DNA of 64,000 bases. Source: the human T2T-CHM13v2.0 reference genome, Homo sapiens. The DNA lies in NCBI RefSeq assembly GCF_009914755.1, contig NC_060929.1; one strand, given 5' to 3'. Below are positions 30,031-44,800 of the stretch, one piece after another. Below the pieces are notes generated by a model, which was not told where the DNA came from, did no database searches, and saw nothing but the letters and a program-made list of their open reading frames with translations. The position numbers and the translations under genes were made by a program. Position 1 is the first letter of the stretch. The number at the start of each line of letters is the position of its first letter.

Positions 30031-30584
30031 AAAATCACCATCAGTGCTGCAGGCAAGCTCCCCTGAGGAATGCTAAAATTCCTGTGCAAAGTTTAAGGAG
30101 AAAGAAGATATTTGTATACTGTCAAAGTGTCTCCCCTAAATGTTCAGTAATTACCATGGTGCCCAAATTCTTTGATGCTCCTTCCTGTGGGAGTTGGAGC
30201 TCATGCTGGACTTCATGACTCACTCTTAACCAGCAGGACATGGAGAGGAAAACAGTCACTCTCCCGTGGGGAGACCTGGCAGGCCTCACCTTGGCCGTGT
30301 GATCAAGGTCCAGACCACCAGTGATGAGGCATGTTGACATCGTGGCCCCTGAGAGCACGTGATGAGAAGAGCGCTCCACCTCTGCCGTGTTCTTCCGCAA
30401 ACGCACAGTTCCAGTGTAATCAGAGAGAACATCACACACACACCAATTGAGGGGCATCTTGCAGAATACCTGAGCAGCACTCTGCAAAGCTGTCAAGGCA
30501 GTGAAACGAAGACAGGCCAGGAAAGGGTCACAGGTGCAGGGGACTAAGGAGGCGTGAGGGCCAGTGCAGCCTGGGGTCCTGGAC

Positions 30585-32933
30585 GTGAGCTGCTGAGACG
30601 GCACCCGCGTGAGTGTCGCAGTTTCCACACCGTGAGCTGCCGAGACGGCACCCGCGTGAGTGTCGCAGTTTCCACACCGTGAGCTGCCGAGACGGCACCC
30701 GCGTGAGTGTCGCAGTTTCCACACCGTGAGCTGCTGAGACGGCACCCGCGTGAGTGTCGCAGTTTCCACACCGTGAGCTGCTGAGACGGCACCCGCGTGA
30801 GTGTCGCAGTTTCCACACCGTGAGCTGCTGAGACGGCACCCGCGTGAGTGTCGCAGTTTCCACACCGTGAGCTGCTGAGACGGCACCCGCGTGAGTGTCG
30901 CAGTTTCCACACCGTGAGCTGCTGAGACGGCACCCGCGTGAGTGTCGCAGTTTCCACACCGTGAGCTGCTGAGACGGCACCCGCGTGAGTGTCGCAGTTT
31001 CCACACCGTGAGCTGCTGAGACGGCACCCGCGTGAGTGTCGCAGTTTCCACACCGTGAGCTGCTGAGACGGCACCCGCGTGAGTGTCGCAGTTTCCACAC
31101 CGTGAGCTGCTGAGACGGCACCCGCGTGAGTGTCGCAGTTTCCACACCGTGAGCTGCTGAGACGGCACCCGCGTGAGTGTCGCAGTTTCCACACCGTGAG
31201 CTGCTGAGACGGCACCCGCGTGAGTGTCGCAGTTTCCACACCGTGAGCTGCTGAGACGGCACCCGCGTGAGTGTCGCAGTTTCCACACCGTGAGCTGCTG
31301 AGACGGCACCCGCGTGAGTGTCGCAGTTTCCACACCGTGAGCTGCTGAGACGGCACCCGCGTGAGTGTCGCAGTTTCCACACCGTGAGCTGCTGAGACGG
31401 CACCCGCGTGAGTGTCGCAGTTTCCACACCGTGAGCTGCTGAGACGGCACCCGCGTGAGTGTCGCAGTTTCCACACCGTGAGCTGCTGAGACGGCACCCG
31501 CGTGAGTGTCGCAGTTTCCACACCGTGAGCTGCTGAGACGGCACCCGCGTGAGTGTCGCAGTTTCCACACCGTGAGCTGCTGAGACGGCACCCGCGTGAG
31601 TGTCGCAGTTTCCACACCGTGAGCTGCTGAGACGGCACCCGCGTGAGTGTCGCAGTTTCCACACCGTGAGCTGCTGAGACGGCACCCGCGTGAGTGTCGC
31701 AGTTTCCACACCGTGAGCTGCTGAGACGGCACCCGCGTGAGTGTCGCAGTTTCCACACCGTGAGCTGCTGAGACGGCACCCGCGTGAGTGTCGCAGTTTC
31801 CACACCGTGAGCTGCTGAGATGGCACCCGCGTGAGTGTCGCAGTTTCCACACCGTGAGCTGCTGAGATGGCACCCGCGTGAGTGTCGCAGTTTCCACACC
31901 GTGAGCTGCTGAGATGGCACCCGCGTGAGTGTCGCAGTTTCCACACCGTGAGCTGCTGAGATGGCACCCGCGTGAGTGTCGCAGTTTCCACACCGTGAGC
32001 TGCTGAGATGGCACCCGCGTGAGTGTCGCAGTTTCCACACCGTGAGCTGCTGAGATGGCACCCGTGTGAGTGTCGCAGTTTCCACACCGTGAGCTGCTGA
32101 GATGGCACCCATGGGAGTGTCGCAGTTTCTACACCGTGAGCTGCTGAGATGGCACCCGTGTGAGTGTCGCAGTTTCCACACCGTGAGCTGCTGAGATGGC
32201 ACCCGTGTGAGTGTCGCAGTTTCCACACCGTGAGCTGCTGAGATGGCACCCATGGGAGTGTCGCAGTTTCCACACCGTGAGCTGCTGAGATGGCACCCGC
32301 GTGAGTGTCGCAGTTTCCACACCGTGAGCTGCTGAGATGGCACCCGCGTGAGTGTCGCAGTTTCCACACCGTGAGCTGCTGAGATGGCACCCGCGTGAGT
32401 GTCGCAGTTTCCACACCGTGAGCTGCTGAGATGGCACCCGTGTGAGTGTCGCAGTTTCCACACCGTGAGCTGCTGAGATGGCACCCGTGTGAGTGTCGCA
32501 GTTTCCACACCGTGAGCTGCTGAGATGGCACCCATGGGAGTGTCGCAGTTTCCACACCGTGAGCTGCTGAGATGGCACCCGTGTGAGTGTCGCAGTTTCC
32601 ACACCGTGAGCTGCTGAGATGGCACCCGTGTGAGTGTCGCAGTTTCCACACCGTGAGCTGCTGAGATGGCACCCATGGGAGTGTCGCAGTTTCTACACCG
32701 TGAGCTGCTGAGATGGCACCCACGTGAGTGTCGCAGTTTCCACACCGTGAGCTGCTGAGATGGCACCCGTGTGAGTGTCGCAGTTTCCACACCGTGAGCT
32801 GCTGAGATGGCACCCACGTGAGTGTCGCAGTTTCCACACCGTGAGCTGCTGAGATGGCACCCGTGTGAGTGTCGCAGTTTCCACACCGTGAGCTGCTGAG
32901 ATGGCACCCGTGTGAGTGTCGCAGTTTCCACAC
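30585..32933. repeat. CpG-rich VNTR, 47-bp unit x50
   Basis: Unit gtgagctgctgaga(c/t)ggcacccgcgtgagtgtcgcagtttccacacc; first unit 30585, last unit starts 32888 (49 periods). Confidence 0.97.
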
Positions 32934-33071
32934 GTGCATCATTGCTGTGTAAGATGCTCAAGTGAGAGGAAGCTGGTGAACGGGTCTGTGGGAAGTTGCA
33001 GTACTGTCTTTGCAACTCTTCTGGACATCTTTTTTTTTTTTTTAAATAAAACATTTTTAACATGAAAATAT

Positions 33072-33394
<323 letters not shown>

Positions 33395-33514
33395 TCAAGC
33401 TACTTATAACAAACAAAATTGAGAATGAAGGTAAATTAAAAATAATTTATAGTCTTTAAAAAGCAGGAACTACAAAATTTACATTTCTGAAAATGGCAGA
33501 AAAATCCCACATGG

Positions 33515-34580
33515 CTGTATATGTATGTGTGAGATTGTGTATGAATGAGCGCATGCATATATTTTTGTGTGTTTGGATTATATGTGTGACGGTGTGCATG
33601 AGTGTGTATATGATTTGGGGGTATGTGTGAGTGTGTATGACTGTGTGTATGAGTGTGTATGATTTGTGTGTGTGAGTGTGTACATGTATACACTAGTGTG
33701 CGTATGATTTGGGGGTATGAATGTGAATGTGTACATATGTATTTATGATCTGAGTGTGTATGAGTGTGAATGTGAACATGTGTGTGTGAGTGGGTATATG
33801 ATTTGGGTGTGTGCAAGTATGAATATGTATTGTGTGCATTAATGTGTATATTTTGGGCTGTGTATGAGTGAATGTGAACATGTGTGCACGAGTGTATATA
33901 TGATCTGGGTGTGTATGAGTGAGCATGAGTGAACATGTGTGCATGAATGTGAGTATGATTTGGGTGTGTATGAGTGTGAATGTGTGCACGAGTGTATATA
34001 TGATCTGGGTGTGTATGAGTGAGCATGAATGTGAACATGTGTGCATGAATGTGAACATGTGTGCATGAATATATGATTTGGGTGTGTATGAGTGTGAATG
34101 TGTGCACGAGTGTACAATCGGTGTGTATGAGTGAGCATGAATGTGAACATGTGTGCACGAGTGTATATATGATCTGGGTGTGTAGGAGTGAGCATGAATG
34201 TGTATGCACAAGTGTGTGTATGTGTGTATGATCTGGGTGTGTAGGAGTGTGAATACGAACACGTATGCACAAGTATGTATATGATCTGTGTATGTATGAG
34301 TGAGTGTGAATGTGTGCATAAGTGTGTGTATGATCTGGGTATGAGTGATTGTGAATGTGAGCATGTGTGCACGAGTGTGTATATGATCTGGGTGTGTGGG
34401 AGTGAGCATGAATGTGTATGCACAAGTGTGTGTATGTGTGTATGATCTGGGTGTGTAGGAGTGTGAATATGAACACGTGTGCACAAATGTGTATATGATC
34501 CGAGTATGTAGGAGTGAGTGTGAATGTGAACATGTTTGCACGTGTGTATATGATATGGGTGCATGTGTGGGTGTGTTTGT
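33515..34580. repeat. Complex degenerate (TG)-rich satellite
   Basis: Recurrent gtgtatatgatctgggtgtgta / gagtgagcatgaatgtgaacatgtgtgcac motifs. Confidence 0.9.
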
Positions 34581-35124
34581 GCAGGTGCACTGGGAGCTTT
34601 CAGCATTGAGTCTGTGTGGCATCCAGGCTTTTCTGGATGATGTAGAATCAAACCCCATAATTAATTCCAGTAACTTAGAAATTTTCACTTATGAATACTA
34701 AATTCTCCTCACCTAGCAACTGACTGAGCAGGTTGAACAGCACCCTTCGCCGTTCTCCTGCAGAACCCCGTGGAAGGGCCCTGCTTTCTCAGAGTGCTCC
34801 TAGCGGTGATGAGGGAGCCCAGCTCATTGCGGTTCGTGCAGAAGGCTGTGTGCCATCTCCGGGACTGCACGGAGAGGCGGAGGCTCAGGCGTGGGATCTG
34901 AGCTCAGTGGGCCCTTTAAGGACCGCTGCCTCCTTTCCTCCCTTTGGCATTCAGCATCGACTTACGATGGCTCCCAGTCACAGTCCTTGTCACTGCCTGG
35001 CATTACACAGGGCCACAGTCCCTTAACTGAAACACTTGGGACCAGTTGCATTTTGGAATTTGGAATGTTTCTTGATTTCAGAGAGAGAAGAGGGGATGGA
35101 CTGTTGGGCAGCCCTGATTAACCC

Positions 35125-35272
35125 TGCAGCGTCTTGGCTCTAGAGGGGCCTACACGGCTGGGAGCGTCTCGGCTCTAGAGAGGGGCCTGCACTGCCGGGA
35201 GCATCTCAGCTCTAGAGAGGGGCCTGCACTGCTGGGAAGCCTACACGGCTGGGAGCGTCTCGGCTCTAGAGC
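35125..35272. repeat. ~35-40-bp tandem repeat (about 4 copies)
   Basis: gcgtct(c/t)ggctctagag...ggcct(a/g)cac(g/t)g recurs. Confidence 0.8.
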
Positions 35273-35537
35273 CACAGCTGATGCATGGCAACGATGAGCT
35301 CTCCTGCTTAGTGCTGATGTGCCTCAGCCCCTAACCCCACTGGTGTCCAGATGAGGAACTTGAGGCTCAGAGAAGCTAGGTCAAGGTGAACACCAGTGTT
35401 GAGTTTCAGCCCCAGGTCTACCTGATGCTGCCTCCACATTGACTGAGTTGGCCTGGTCCATTGTGAGGTCAGGTAGAGCCAGGGCCGAGGTGGGGATGCC
35501 AAGGTCCCATGCCGCAAAGATGGGTGGGACGGCACAG

Positions 35538-36005
35538 GAGCCAGTCATCATCCCCAAAGACACAGCTCCGAATACCTCATCCTGAAATCCCAAAGATCAA
35601 AATCCCAAAAGTATAAATCTGGAAAAAATAATGTCGATGTTATTTATTTACATTTTTAAAAGGTATGTATTTGAGAAACATAAAAACACAACAGAACATT
35701 TCATAGGCCACTTTACACAATAAAATAGGCAATGATAACAGGTATTTTTGCATAAACACTGAGGTAACTAACGACGGCGGCATGGGTGTAGCAGTTATAA
35801 GAAGACAGACCATAAAGAAATAAGTCAAAAGAGAAACGTGTACACGTATATCGCTACGGTTACTAATTGTGTGCACCTAGCCCTGTAGCTGTGGTCATCT
35901 GAAATATCAGGGATTTTAGACTTGAGGGATTTTGATCTTTAGGGATTTCAACATTCCACATTATGGTGCTTGGGATTGTGTCTTTCAGGATTATGATCCA
36001 AACTC
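35538..36005. mobile_element. Ricksha-like (MULE/MuDR) DNA transposon, internally deleted, with long terminal inverted repeats
   Basis: Left tcatcatccccaaagacacag...tgaaatcccaaagatcaaaatccc is the inverted copy of right gggattttgatctttagggatttca...tgtgtctttcaggattatgatccaaac; matches Ricksha termini from memory. Confidence 0.75.
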
Positions 36006-38587
36006 AGCTGGGCCTCCCCTCCCTGCCCCAGGATTGTGGAGTGAGAACGTTGCAGCAGGAGAGAACAACGCAGCAAAGCACAGCAGGGGAACCGGAAATG
36101 CTCACCTTTTGACAGGGTACTTTTAGTTCTGGGGCCTTATCTTAAGGATATTCCAACATATACAAAAAGATTCATGCACAGAGATATTTACTTTAGTATT
36201 ATTTACCATAGGAAAAAAGTTGGAAACAATACATTTTATGTTCTGTAAAATGAAAGAACAGTTAAATAAATCATGGCTCTAAGACGACTCCAGGGCTGTG
36301 TACGGAAGTTCAGGGACAGAATCAGTTGAGGCTGTTCCACCTGAGCCTAAGGTTCCTCTGCTGTATGTCGGGAATCAGGTGGGGGCCAAGCGAGATCACC
36401 ACAGTGCAGGCCAGTGTGCAGGGCACAGGTGGGCGCCAGGGAGGGGACGCCGCACAGCCCCATGCTCTCGCCAAAAACGTGCAGCACAATTTGGAAGAAA
36501 ACGTTTCCATCTGTTAATAAAGAGCAACGGCCTCTGGTCATAAGTGACACATGACCCTTTGCCTGAGTCTTTTTAAATTTTTCCATATGTTCCATATTTT
36601 CTACACCAAATGTAAGCTACTTTCATAATCACAAAAACTTAATGGAAAGAGGAGGAGGAGGACGGGGGTGGGGAGTAGTAGCCATGGGTTCGAGCCCTTC
36701 CTCTCCGCATGACTTGGATAACACGGTATATTCACACAGCTATTTCCCCATCTATGAACTTCTGAGGTGCTTTTATTAGTTGATGTCTGGGACCCCTAGG
36801 AGCTCTCTTTATACCTCATGATATCAAATGCCCACCTTTCCAGCTCCTCTTGGCCTCCTGCCCTTCCTGGAGGGAGATGCGCTCCCTGGAGCTGCTGACT
36901 AGGTGGAAGCAGACTGGCTCCTTCAGTGGGTAGGCCAGCCTGCCTGTCTCCCTAGCCCAGTCCCACCGTGCTGGCCTCAGTGGTGGAGGCAGGCATGGAG
37001 CCTTGGAGGAACCACTCCTCCCCAGCCGCCACCAACATTTGTGGCACCGAGAAGCACCCGTGCTATTCCGGACAGGGATGGGGTTGGACACCCATGCATA
37101 GGGGACCCTACACTCCTAGGCTTGGCTCTGGGCTAAACAGCAGGTGTGGATTTGGGCCTAGGCCTCGGAGAAGCCATCAGCTAGGGCAGAATTCCCATGT
37201 GGGCAGGATGTTATTTAGGAATTCCAGGGCTTTCTGTATTCCAGATTTCCTGTATTGTGCATATGTGCGTGCATGTATGTGCCCTCAGCCATGATGTAAA
37301 GTGTTTTTCTGGCTGGGGTTGCATCACAGAGTTTGGAAGCCACTGCTCTGCAGATTCTGAGGACCACCTCCCTTATTTCTCACCAAATTCCCATTTCTTC
37401 TGTTTTTGTTCCACCCAATGCAAAAAGCATACTGCCTTCTCTTCTGCATTGGTGGGCAGCGGGTCCTGCAGCTCAGGTTTCTCCAGCCAGGGCCCTGAAC
37501 GTGAGCCTGGTGGCGTGGGCAGGGGGCTGACTCCATGTGGGCCAAAGGCAACCTATCCAGCTCTTCAGAATGGCTTTTCTCTCCTCCCTATAAAACATAT
37601 TTTCTCTCCTCCCTATAAAGCCTATTTTTGTATTAGGGTGTTTGTTAAAATGAAAACATGAGATCATTGATGCATAACGAGAAGCCGTGTCATTACTTCC
37701 CAGGCCCTGTGCAAGGTGCAAATTGGCGTGTTAGTGGCTGTTTGCATCTTTTCAGTTCCTTTCGTCTTTTCTCCTTATCCTGCCCTTTATATGGTTTCTG
37801 CTTTAAGTCAAACATTGTGAGTGGATTGATGGACATATGTGTGTGTGAGCGTGTGTGCACAGATGCATGAGAACTGCAGAGAGAGATGGGAGGTAACCAG
37901 GGGGATCACTGTTCTCTTCTTCCCAAACATTAGCGTTAGGCTGTTCCGCTTCTGTTCTTGAGAGGGCACCCACATTACTGCTTGGGAGCCTGGAAATGGC
38001 CCCACTGAAGCAGCTCTGAGGCCCTGGACACCCTTTTCCTGGTTGTGGCCAGCTGAGTTGTTCATGGTCCTCCCCGTGGGATGTGCTTGGAGCATCTGCT
38101 GGTAGCAGAGCCTCAGTTCCTCTCCTGCGTTCTTTCGCTACAGGTGTTAGACCTGCTGCCCACCTGTGACCTGTTTACTGCCAGGGATAGACCTGTGGCC
38201 AGTGTGGAAAGCGAGATGCTTTGTCCATACAGCCTGCGGGGCTCAGCCTTCCCGGGGTTGCCCACAGCTAGGCTGGGCCAGGACCCCCAAGCCTGGGAAC
38301 TTACACCTTTCTCACCTGCTTTCCTAAAGGTGGTTTTCCTTTGTGATCTCTCTCCCTGAACGGCTAAACCACACTCTGAATAGAAAACTGTCTTGAAAAC
38401 TGCTTTGCACGTACATCTGATAAGGTCCTCTGGAGGGCGACCTCCACTGTCTAGTGGGCGAGGATTGTTTAGCCGCCTTGGCTGAGTCACCGAGCTGCCA
38501 AGGGCAGACTGTACCCTGGGCTCACCAGCATGCAAAGATATTTTATTCATTTATTTATTCCATAAATATATATTTATATTATTTATA

Positions 38588-38695
38588 TTTAGAGCCAGTG
38601 TATCTCTCTGTCGCTCAGGCTGGAGTGCAGTGGCACTATCTCACTGCAGCCTCAAGCTCCCGGGCTCAAGGAATCCTCCTACTTTGTCCTCCCAA
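38588..38695 (-). mobile_element. Alu/FLAM fragment
   Basis: tctgtcgctcaggctggagtgcagtggc...ggctcaaggaatcctcc. Confidence 0.8.
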
Positions 38696-39392
38696 ACAAA
38701 AATATTTTTAAGGAGCCCACTAGGAGAGTGCTGAGTTTAAAATCTAAGTTCTTGTTTCTTTTTTCTTTTTCACTGATGCATAATAGATGTACATAGTTTC
38801 AGGGTACATGTGATAGTTTAATGCATTCATATAATTGTGAAAATCAAATCAGCCTACTTGGAATATCTATCGCCTTAAATATTTGTTTTTGCTTTATGCT
38901 AGAACCGTTCCGATTCTTCTCTTCTAGCCATTTTGAAATATACAGTAGGCAATTGCCAACTATGATCTATGTAACACTAGGTCTTATTCCTTCTATCAAA
39001 CCACGTATTTGTACCCTTCAATCAACTTCTCTTTCTCCCCCTCTCCCCGCTACATTTCCCCACCTCTGGTAACCACGCGTCTACCCTCTGTCTTCACGAG
39101 AGCTACTTTTTTAGTAGGTGGGAGAGAACATTCAATGTTTGTCTTTCTGTGCTTGGCTTATTTCACTTAACATAATGATCCCTAGTTCCATCTTGTACAA
39201 ATAACAGGCTGTCGTTCCTCTGTATGGCTGAATAATATTCCACTGTGTATACACACCACGTTCTGTTTATCCATCATCCGCTGATGAACTCAGAGGCTGA
39301 TTCCGTATTTTGGCGATTGTGAGTAGTCCCGCAGTAAACATGAGAGTGCAGATGTCTTTACGATATATTGATTTTGTTTCTTTTGACTATAG

Positions 39393-40062
<670 letters not shown>

Positions 40063-40894
40063 CCTTTTGGTTTTTTGAGGAGCCTCCATCTGTTTTCCAT
40101 AGTGGTTGTACTAATCAACGTTCCCACAACAGTGTGTGAGGGTCCCCCTTTCTCCACATCCTCGCCAGCATCCCTTATTCCCTGCGTTTTTGACGAAAGC
40201 CATTTTAACTGAGGTGAGAGAAGACCTCATTGCAGTTTTTTATTTGCGTTTCTCTGATGATTAGTGATGTTGAGCATTTTTTCATGTACCTGCTGGCCAT
40301 TTGTACATCTTCTTTTGAGAAATGTCTACTCAGGTCTCTTGCCCATTTTAAAATTCGATTAATTGTTTGCTATTGTTTGAGCTCCTGGTTATGAATCCCT
40401 TTTCAGGTGGGTAGCTTGCAAGTATTTTCTCCCATTCTGTGGGTTGTCTCTTCAGTTTGTTGACTTTTTCCTTTGGTCTGCAGAGGGTTCTTAGCTTGGT
40501 GTGATTTCACTTGTCTGTTTTTGCTTTGGTTGCCTGTGCTTTTGGGGCCCTACTGAAAAAGTCTTTGCTGAGAACAATGTCCTGGAGCACTTCCCTAATG
40601 TTTTCTTCCAGTAGTTTTATACTTTCAGGTCTCAGTTTTACCTTTAATCCATTCTGATTTGATTTCTGTGTATGGTAAGAGAGACGGGTCTAGTTTCATT
40701 CTTCTGCATATCTTTATCTAGTTTCCCCTGCACCACTTATGGAAGAGACCGTCCTTTCGCTCGTATGTTGTTGGTGCCTTTGCTGAAGATGAGCTGGCTG
40801 TAAATGTGTGGATTTATATCTGGGTTCTCTATTCTGTTCCACTGGTCTATGTGTCTGTTTTACGTGATTACCAGGCTGATTACCAGGCTGATAG

Positions 40895-41183
40895 GTTGGC
40901 TCATGCCTGTAATCCCAGTACCTTTGGAGGCCCAGGTGGGAGGATCACTTGAAGCCAGGACTTCAAAACCAGCCTGGGCAACAAAGCAGGACCCCATCTC
41001 TACAATGTTTTAAAAAATTATTTGGTGCAGTGGCATACACCTGTAGTCCCAACTACGCAGGAGGCTGAGGTGGGAGGATCCTTTGAGCCTAGGAGTTTGA
41101 GGCTGCTCTGAGCTGTGATTGTGCTACTGCACTCCAGCCTGGTTGACAGAGCAAGGCCCTGTCTCTTAAAAAAAAAAAAAAAA
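40895..41183 (+). mobile_element. AluJ-like SINE
   Basis: tggctcatgcctgtaatcccag...ggaggatcctttgagcctaggagtttgaggctgc...A-tail. Confidence 0.9.
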
Positions 41184-42819
41184 ACTATTGCAAGAGGAGA
41201 GAGAGAGACTGAATTCAACTCTCAATACAACAGAGACAAGTGGGGATAGCCAATGAGCAGGGTGAGGGAGGTGATGAAAAGTTGTTGAAAGGAGCTTGGT
41301 TAGTTAGCAAGGGTGGGGAAGATTCTCACTAAGGACCTTAGCAGCATTCCTTGCTAGCACTGAGCTCAGCAGGCCAAGGATGAGGCTTCATCAAGGAGAA
41401 GGCTCAAAGGAGCCTGAGTGGAGTTTGGTCAAGGAGAGCGTCTTTGTCATCCTTGCAATGACTCATTTTATAGGTAATTAAGTAGGGGGTTCAGACAGGT
41501 CAAAGACTTACCAAAAAGAGGAAATTGTGTCCATGTGGCTGGTGGCTCACCCCAGGAACTGACAGTGGCTTACTCTCAGAAACTCAGAGTGTGCATGTCT
41601 CTTTGAATCCGTATCTGTGTGTGGGTGGGTGTGTCTGTCTGTGTGCGTGCCTCAGTCTCTTCTGAATTTCTCTCCCAATCCCCGTCTCTCTTTCCTCGGG
41701 TTGGTGTTTCCCTCCTGCTGGCCTCTGGCCAGCTATTTCTGGAAGTGTCAGCTGCTCTGTCTTCCTGCCCCTGTCTCCACCATCACGTCTGTGTCTGACT
41801 CCCTTTCTTTCCCATACAAAACCCCTAATGCAAGTCCTACTGTTTCTGTAACTGGCCACTGCCTATAACAAATCTTTGCTTAGGTTGTGTTTCTTTGTAG
41901 AATAGACTGATGTACTGTGTGCTTGATTTTTACAAGATGAGCACAATACCTTATCTTTCTTCTTTATTAAAAAAAAGGAAAAATCCAAACACAAGATTAA
42001 TATCTCGTCATGGACTGTGCCCCGCTCGAGCCTCTCCACATGCAGCAGGAAGGAAAGTGGAGGGAGCTGCTCCTTTCCGTAGCCGGGGTGCCCACCCCAA
42101 CCAGGCTGCCTCTGCCACCCAAGACAGAGGTTCTCTGATAATAATTTGTGGGGCTTGTTTCCAGAGACCACACCTGAAGCTGCCAACTCCCCGGAGGGAA
42201 GGTCCTGATTAATGGCCGATGAATTTCTCCTTAAGGCCCTGAAACTGCCTACTCAGAACCAAGCCAGTTTTTCCTGCCTGTCCTGTTTGGGCAGGCAGAG
42301 GAGGCAGCTAGAAACCCATTATGCAGGGGATGGGGGTAAGTGGAGGAGGGAGGGGTCGGGGGAGGAGTGGGGAGGAGGAGGAGGGAAACAGGAAACCCCA
42401 GGCTTTGGCTATGATGGGGTCAGCCTTTCTACACCATTCCGGGATGCTGGTGTCCACCACTGCTGCCTGGGCACGGGGAACAGAGAATCTGCCTGGTGGG
42501 AGCAGACAAGAGGTTCGAGGACCAGAGCTCATCCTCTTCGGTGTGTGCCTGGGAGGAGGTGTAGGTGCAGCCAGTGGGGTATGATTAAAAAGAAGGGACG
42601 CGAGTTTAGGGGACAGCCGCCCACGTGCACCAGCTCTCCGTGTGCCAAAATCTTGCCTGTCAGGGACCAGGATCCCACTTCACAGTTAGCAAATAGCAGC
42701 TCAGGGACATTAAGCAACTCGCCCAGCATCCCACCAGCAGACAGTCTCGCCTTCAGGGTCGTCTGTGTCTGTTAAAGTCGAGTCTAGTTTCGGGTCTCAG
42801 AGCACCTCCCTAAAGCTGC

Positions 42820-44114
42820 CGTAAACCAAGAATAAAATTCTAAGCCCCACAGCCGATCGCGTGGACCCCGCCTCTGGGCCAAAGGGATTCCAGAGAAACC
42901 TGAAGAACTAGTTCAGGCCGTGATGAGGAGGAGTGGGGGCTGGACAGGCCTCATTGTACCCTCCTCCCTTTGGAATTTGGGCAGAACTGACCAGAACCAA
43001 CATTAAAACAGAGATCTGAAGACTGACAAGGCTCTCTAGCAATAAGATACCAAATTCCAACCTGATTCCAGTGCAGCATCACATGACAGACAGAGGCCAT
43101 GAAATCAATATTTTACCTCAAAATATATTTCTTTGACATACTTTGAAATGGCCCTGCCAAGCTGTCTCTTGTGGGGGACATTTACATTCTGTAGAGAATC
43201 CCTTCCCTTTCCAGGTCTTTCTCTGATCCTGAAGACATTGGCTGAGAGCCTAGCACCTTCTATGGGTCTGAACAGGAAACATTTGCCATCTATTGTCTCT
43301 AAGGGTGGCCACCTATGAAACTTCATCTACATAATAAGAACCTTGGTCTGCACAGTCTCTTATCTTAACCCAGACTCTCCTTTCTATTGATAGCAGGTCT
43401 GTAGATAATAATTCTTTCAACCAATTGAGAATCAGAAAATCTTTGAATCTATCTATGACCTGTAAACCCCATTACTTTGAATTTTCCTCCTTCCAGACCA
43501 AACCAATGCACAACTCCTACGTACTGATGGTGGTCTTACGTTTCCCTAAGTTTCTGCCGACTAAACTGTGCACACGTTCTCAGGACCTCCTGAAGCTGCG
43601 TCACAGGTGCTGATCAAAGAACACAACCAAGGTGAGTGTCAATCATTTCAAGAAATCTGTTTGCAAGGTTAAGGACACACCTGAGAAAAGAACAGAGAAC
43701 CACAGGAAAAACTGTGGTCCGTGCTTTTCCCAAAGATTGTCTGGGGACCTCAGTAAGTAAAGGGGAGAAGTGTGGGTGTTGGGGAAAGGGGAAGAAGTGG
43801 AAAAAATGGGTGTGGGTAAATCAGAGGCAAATGGTTGCATTCTTCTGTCTTTGGTCAGCGTTCACTGAATACACATTTTACATGTGATGGAGGTAGAGGC
43901 AGGGATGTAGCTTTTTTATCTTTGTGTAATAGCTATCTTATTTAGGAACCAGATGGGAAGCAGGTTTGCATAAGCCAGTTCCCAGCTTGGCTTTTCCCTT
44001 TGGCTTAGTGAGTCTGGGGTCCCAGGATTTATTTTCCGTTCTCACAGGTTGTGGTCCTCACATTTGGCTCAAAATATTCAAAATTTTTTCCAGAGTTTGG
44101 CCTTTTCTTCAGCA
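42820..44114 (+). mobile_element. MER4-group ERV1 solo LTR (outer element)
   Basis: Starts gtaaaccaagaataaaattctaagcccc; 3' end ggtcctcacatttggctcaaaatattcaaaattttttccagagtttggccttttcttcagca resumes after the nested LTR. Confidence 0.75.
43611..44046 (-). mobile_element. Nested antisense ERV1 LTR (MER4A/MER83-like)
   Basis: Minus strand starts TGTGAGAACGGAAAATAAATCCTGGGACCCCAGACTCACTAAGCCAAAGGGAAAAG. Confidence 0.7.
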
Positions 44115-44504
44115 CTGGGAATTGTGATCCAAAGCTTTTCCTGATGAGGCACAAAGTTGGAGAAACAAAACGCAAACTAAGCAACAATGAAACAGAACAG
44201 AGTGAATCTGCTGTAGCTCAAGAGAGGACGTAGCTGCCCCCACCCCGCATCCCTGGGCTCGGGTTTGCCTTGCTGACCTCTGCTGCCACCTGGTGCCGCA
44301 CAGAGAAACTGAGGAGAAACCACATCAGTCTCCTTCAGCCTCAGCTTCACATCTGTGGGTCAAGCAACCCTTTCAGAAGCTGTATAATGTGGGAAAGCTT
44401 TCCTCTCAGGAAAATGCACACATCCAACTTTGAGAAGATGCCCTTGGGGGTGCTTCAAGGATCCTAGATAATAACCCCCTTTCCCGAACATCCAAGAACC
44501 TAAG

Positions 44505-44800
<296 letters not shown>

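Noticed and set aside
30122-33063. 638-839 aa minus-strand ORFs
   Set aside because: Translations of the 47-bp VNTR, open in all three frames because the unit lacks stops; no domain similarity.
33436-34688. His/Thr-rich ORFs resembling metal-binding or zinc-finger proteins
   Set aside because: Translation of (CA)-rich low-complexity DNA; no C2H2 spacing.
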